A stretch of DNA of 64,000 bases from the NCBI GenBank assembly GCA_050945835.1, contig JBMNTR010000010.1:24805-88804 (forward strand). Direction: 5' to 3'. Position 1 is the first letter of the stretch. Every line of letters begins with the position of its first letter. This DNA comes from Christensenellales bacterium (GTDB lineage Bacteria; Bacillota; Clostridia; Christensenellales; JBMNTQ01). The notes beneath the pieces were generated by a model. The model was not told the DNA's origin and made no database searches. It was given only the letters and a program-made list of their open reading frames with translations. Shown in pieces: positions 62,711 to 64,000 of the stretch. The position numbers were made by a program, and so were the translations under genes.

Positions 62711-62725
62711 TGAAAATCATTTTCA
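62711..62725. promoter_or_regulatory. perfect 7-1-7 Fur-family box
   Basis: TGAAAAT-C-ATTTTCA is a perfect inverted repeat of the same geometry as Fur/Zur/PerR boxes (TGATAAT-n-ATTATCA class). It lies 2 nt upstream of the -35 element. Confidence 0.6.
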
Positions 62726-62825
62726 AAATCATAATATTAAAGTACTTCCAATTTGCATGATGCATGCGTGAGATATGCTGTTAAGTCTTCGGATCATCAG
62801 TGTAAAAGCACGGCTGCCGGTCGGT

Positions 62826-63713
62826 TTAGTCTTCTTCCGTTGTGTCGTTTCTGTACGGCAGATAGTCTAAAAACCGTTTGATGGCAAGAGAGGCAGATCT
62901 TCTGTCTTTCATTGCTAGGCCAATATTGCGGTATGCAGGAATATCCAGTTCCTTTATCACGATTCGGTATGGAATACGCCGCAAGATAAGTTCCGGCAGG
63001 ATGCTGATGCCCAGACCGCTTTCAACCATAGACATGATGGCATAATCATCCCACGTTGTAAAATGTATCTTTGGCTTGATATTACATTTCTCAAATATTT
63101 CTGATATTTCGGCTTTAGCACCCTTTTCTAAAAGCATGAAAGGATAATCACATAACGCTTTTACCGGGAAGCAATCACAATCAACCATCGGATGATTTTC
63201 CGGCAAAACGACAAGCAGCTTATCTTGTTCTAGAAAGCTTGTTTTAAACTCCGGTCGGGTGGGAAGTCTAAGAAAGCCGCAATCTACCCGCCCTTCTAAA
63301 AGCCAGCTTTCAATCTCTGTGTAGTCACCGAGCAAAAGCTCGTAGTCGATGTTAGGATAATCCTTTTGGAACGCTTTGATCATGTTGGGAAGCCAATGGG
63401 TTGCCACGCTGGAAAACGTACCGATCCGGATTAAACCTGACTGTAAGCTGTTCAGTTCGTCCACCTGTGCCTGTAATTTTTCATATTCAGCACACACGCT
63501 TTGAGCAAAAGGAAGCAGCTTTAAGCCATCCGAGGTCAAGCGCACGCCGGCCCGCCCGCGCTCAAGCAGTGTAACCCGCCATTCTTTTTCTAAATCGTTA
63601 ATCATACGGCTAATGCCGGATTGAGAATAATTTAGTTTTTCGGCAGCTTTTGTAAAGCTGCCATACTCAACGGTTTTCACCAACGCCATATACTTTTGAA
63701 TATTCATGTCCAT
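62826..63713 (-). CDS. LysR family transcriptional regulator
   Basis: MDMNIQKYMALVKTVEYGSFTKAAEKLNYSQSGISRMINDLEKEW (LysR HTH) plus a LysR substrate-binding domain. The ATG at 63713 is preferred (GGAG 10 nt upstream). Confidence 0.85.
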   Translation of the reverse strand: MDMNIQKYMALVKTVEYGSFTKAAEKLNYSQSGISRMINDLEKEWRVTLLERGRAGVRLTSDGLKLLPFAQSVCAEYEKLQAQVDELNSLQSGLIRIGTFSSVATHWLPNMIKAFQKDYPNIDYELLLGDYTEIESWLLEGRVDCGFLRLPTRPEFKTSFLEQDKLLVVLPENHPMVDCDCFPVKALCDYPFMLLEKGAKAEISEIFEKCNIKPKIHFTTWDDYAIMSMVESGLGISILPELILRRIPYRIVIKELDIPAYRNIGLAMKDRRSASLAIKRFLDYLPYRNDTTEED

Positions 63714-63771
63714 GTGGTGCCGCTCCGATTCATCTGAATTTATCATTTCATACATGACAAACATTCGCTTT

Positions 63772-63793
63772 TATCATGCGTGAAACCATGATA
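63772..63793. promoter_or_regulatory. inverted repeat TATCATG-N8-CATGATA in the LysR / ProX-like divergent region (candidate LTTR site)
   Basis: Perfect 7-bp arms with an 8-nt spacer, positioned between the divergently transcribed LysR gene and the gene starting at 63831. Confidence 0.35.
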
Positions 63794-63830
63794 CACTGTC
63801 CATGCATAAAATACAAGCGAAAGGAAATCG

Positions 63831-64000
63831 ATGATGTTCTTTGTAAGTGACATTTACACCACCGCACCATCCGAGTTTAAGACGGATTTACAAGCGAAAA
63901 CATATCAAGCGCTTGACAAGCTGCATATCCCCTTTGAGCGTGTGGACACGGATGAAGCGATCACAATGGAGGATTGTGTGCAGATTGATAAAAAACTCAA
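63831..64000 (+). CDS. YbaK/ProX-type aminoacyl-tRNA deacylase domain protein, N-terminal part (runs off window)
   Basis: The frame from ATG 63831 is open to the window edge. MMFFVSDIYTTAPSEFKTDLQAKTYQALDKLHIPFERVDTDEAITMEDCVQIDKKL resembles the N-terminus of the ProX-like protein at 37062. SD AAAGGAAA. Confidence 0.5.
   Translation, partial: MMFFVSDIYTTAPSEFKTDLQAKTYQALDKLHIPFERVDTDEAITMEDCVQIDKKL

Noticed and set aside
52000-64000. The AT-richer, accessory-looking final 12 kb as a genomic island or mobile element
   Set aside because: I found no integrase, transposase, relaxase or phage genes, no tRNA or tmRNA attachment site, and no flanking direct repeats. The compositional patchiness is real by eye but does not define a mobile element.

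Overview
This 64-kb window is chromosomal DNA with no rRNA or tRNA genes and no transposase, integrase or phage genes. All protein family calls come from motif recognition in the supplied translations; no searches were run. Gene content suggests an anaerobic, probably spore-forming Firmicute of class Clostridia, with GC around the mid-50s percent by eye. The supporting genes are a fabK-type FAS operon, desulfoferrodoxin, rubrerythrin and a BclB-like collagen protein. Finer placement (possibly Oscillospiraceae/Ruminococcaceae-like) is only a guess.

From 1 to about 52 kb the content is mostly housekeeping:
- acyl-ACP thioesterase tail, HlyD-like protein, yggS, sepF, a DUF5665 protein, lspA, rluD and rqcH
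- serC-serA, an AEC transporter, an FAD protein, dfx and a large Big_2/FN3 surface protein
- a complete MarR-fabH-acpP-fabK-fabD-fabG-fabF-accB-fabZ-accCDA operon followed by degV
- a pfkA-ppk1-ppx cluster and an MBOAT + DHHW O-acyltransferase pair
- a ComEC-like MBL lipoprotein with DUF3006, ProX, an ABC-F ATPase, cobB, an Fe-ADH, rbr, rpiB-upp, an acyl-CoA synthetase with an XRE-cupin regulator, a PBP and a YabE-like 3D-domain protein

The last 12 kb looks more accessory and is patchily AT-richer. It holds a nitroreductase, an AraC regulator, a choloylglycine-hydrolase family enzyme, a BclB-like collagen-repeat protein and an AT-rich MBL hydrolase. It also holds a Fur-family (Zur-like) regulated metal-uptake operon, a LysR regulator and a second ProX-like gene.

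I found no clearly novel multi-gene system. The best candidates for follow-up are:
1. The Zur-like operon. It carries an uncharacterised 2-TM His/Cys-motif protein, a ZnuA with a ZinT-like domain nested in its His-rich loop, an unusual AT-rich palindrome, and a terminal CC-motif lipoprotein.
2. A decayed, cas-less subtype I-C-like CRISPR remnant between rluD and rqcH.
3. A promoter-driven leader of about 350 nt upstream of a double zinc-ribbon gene, which I could not assign to any RNA family.
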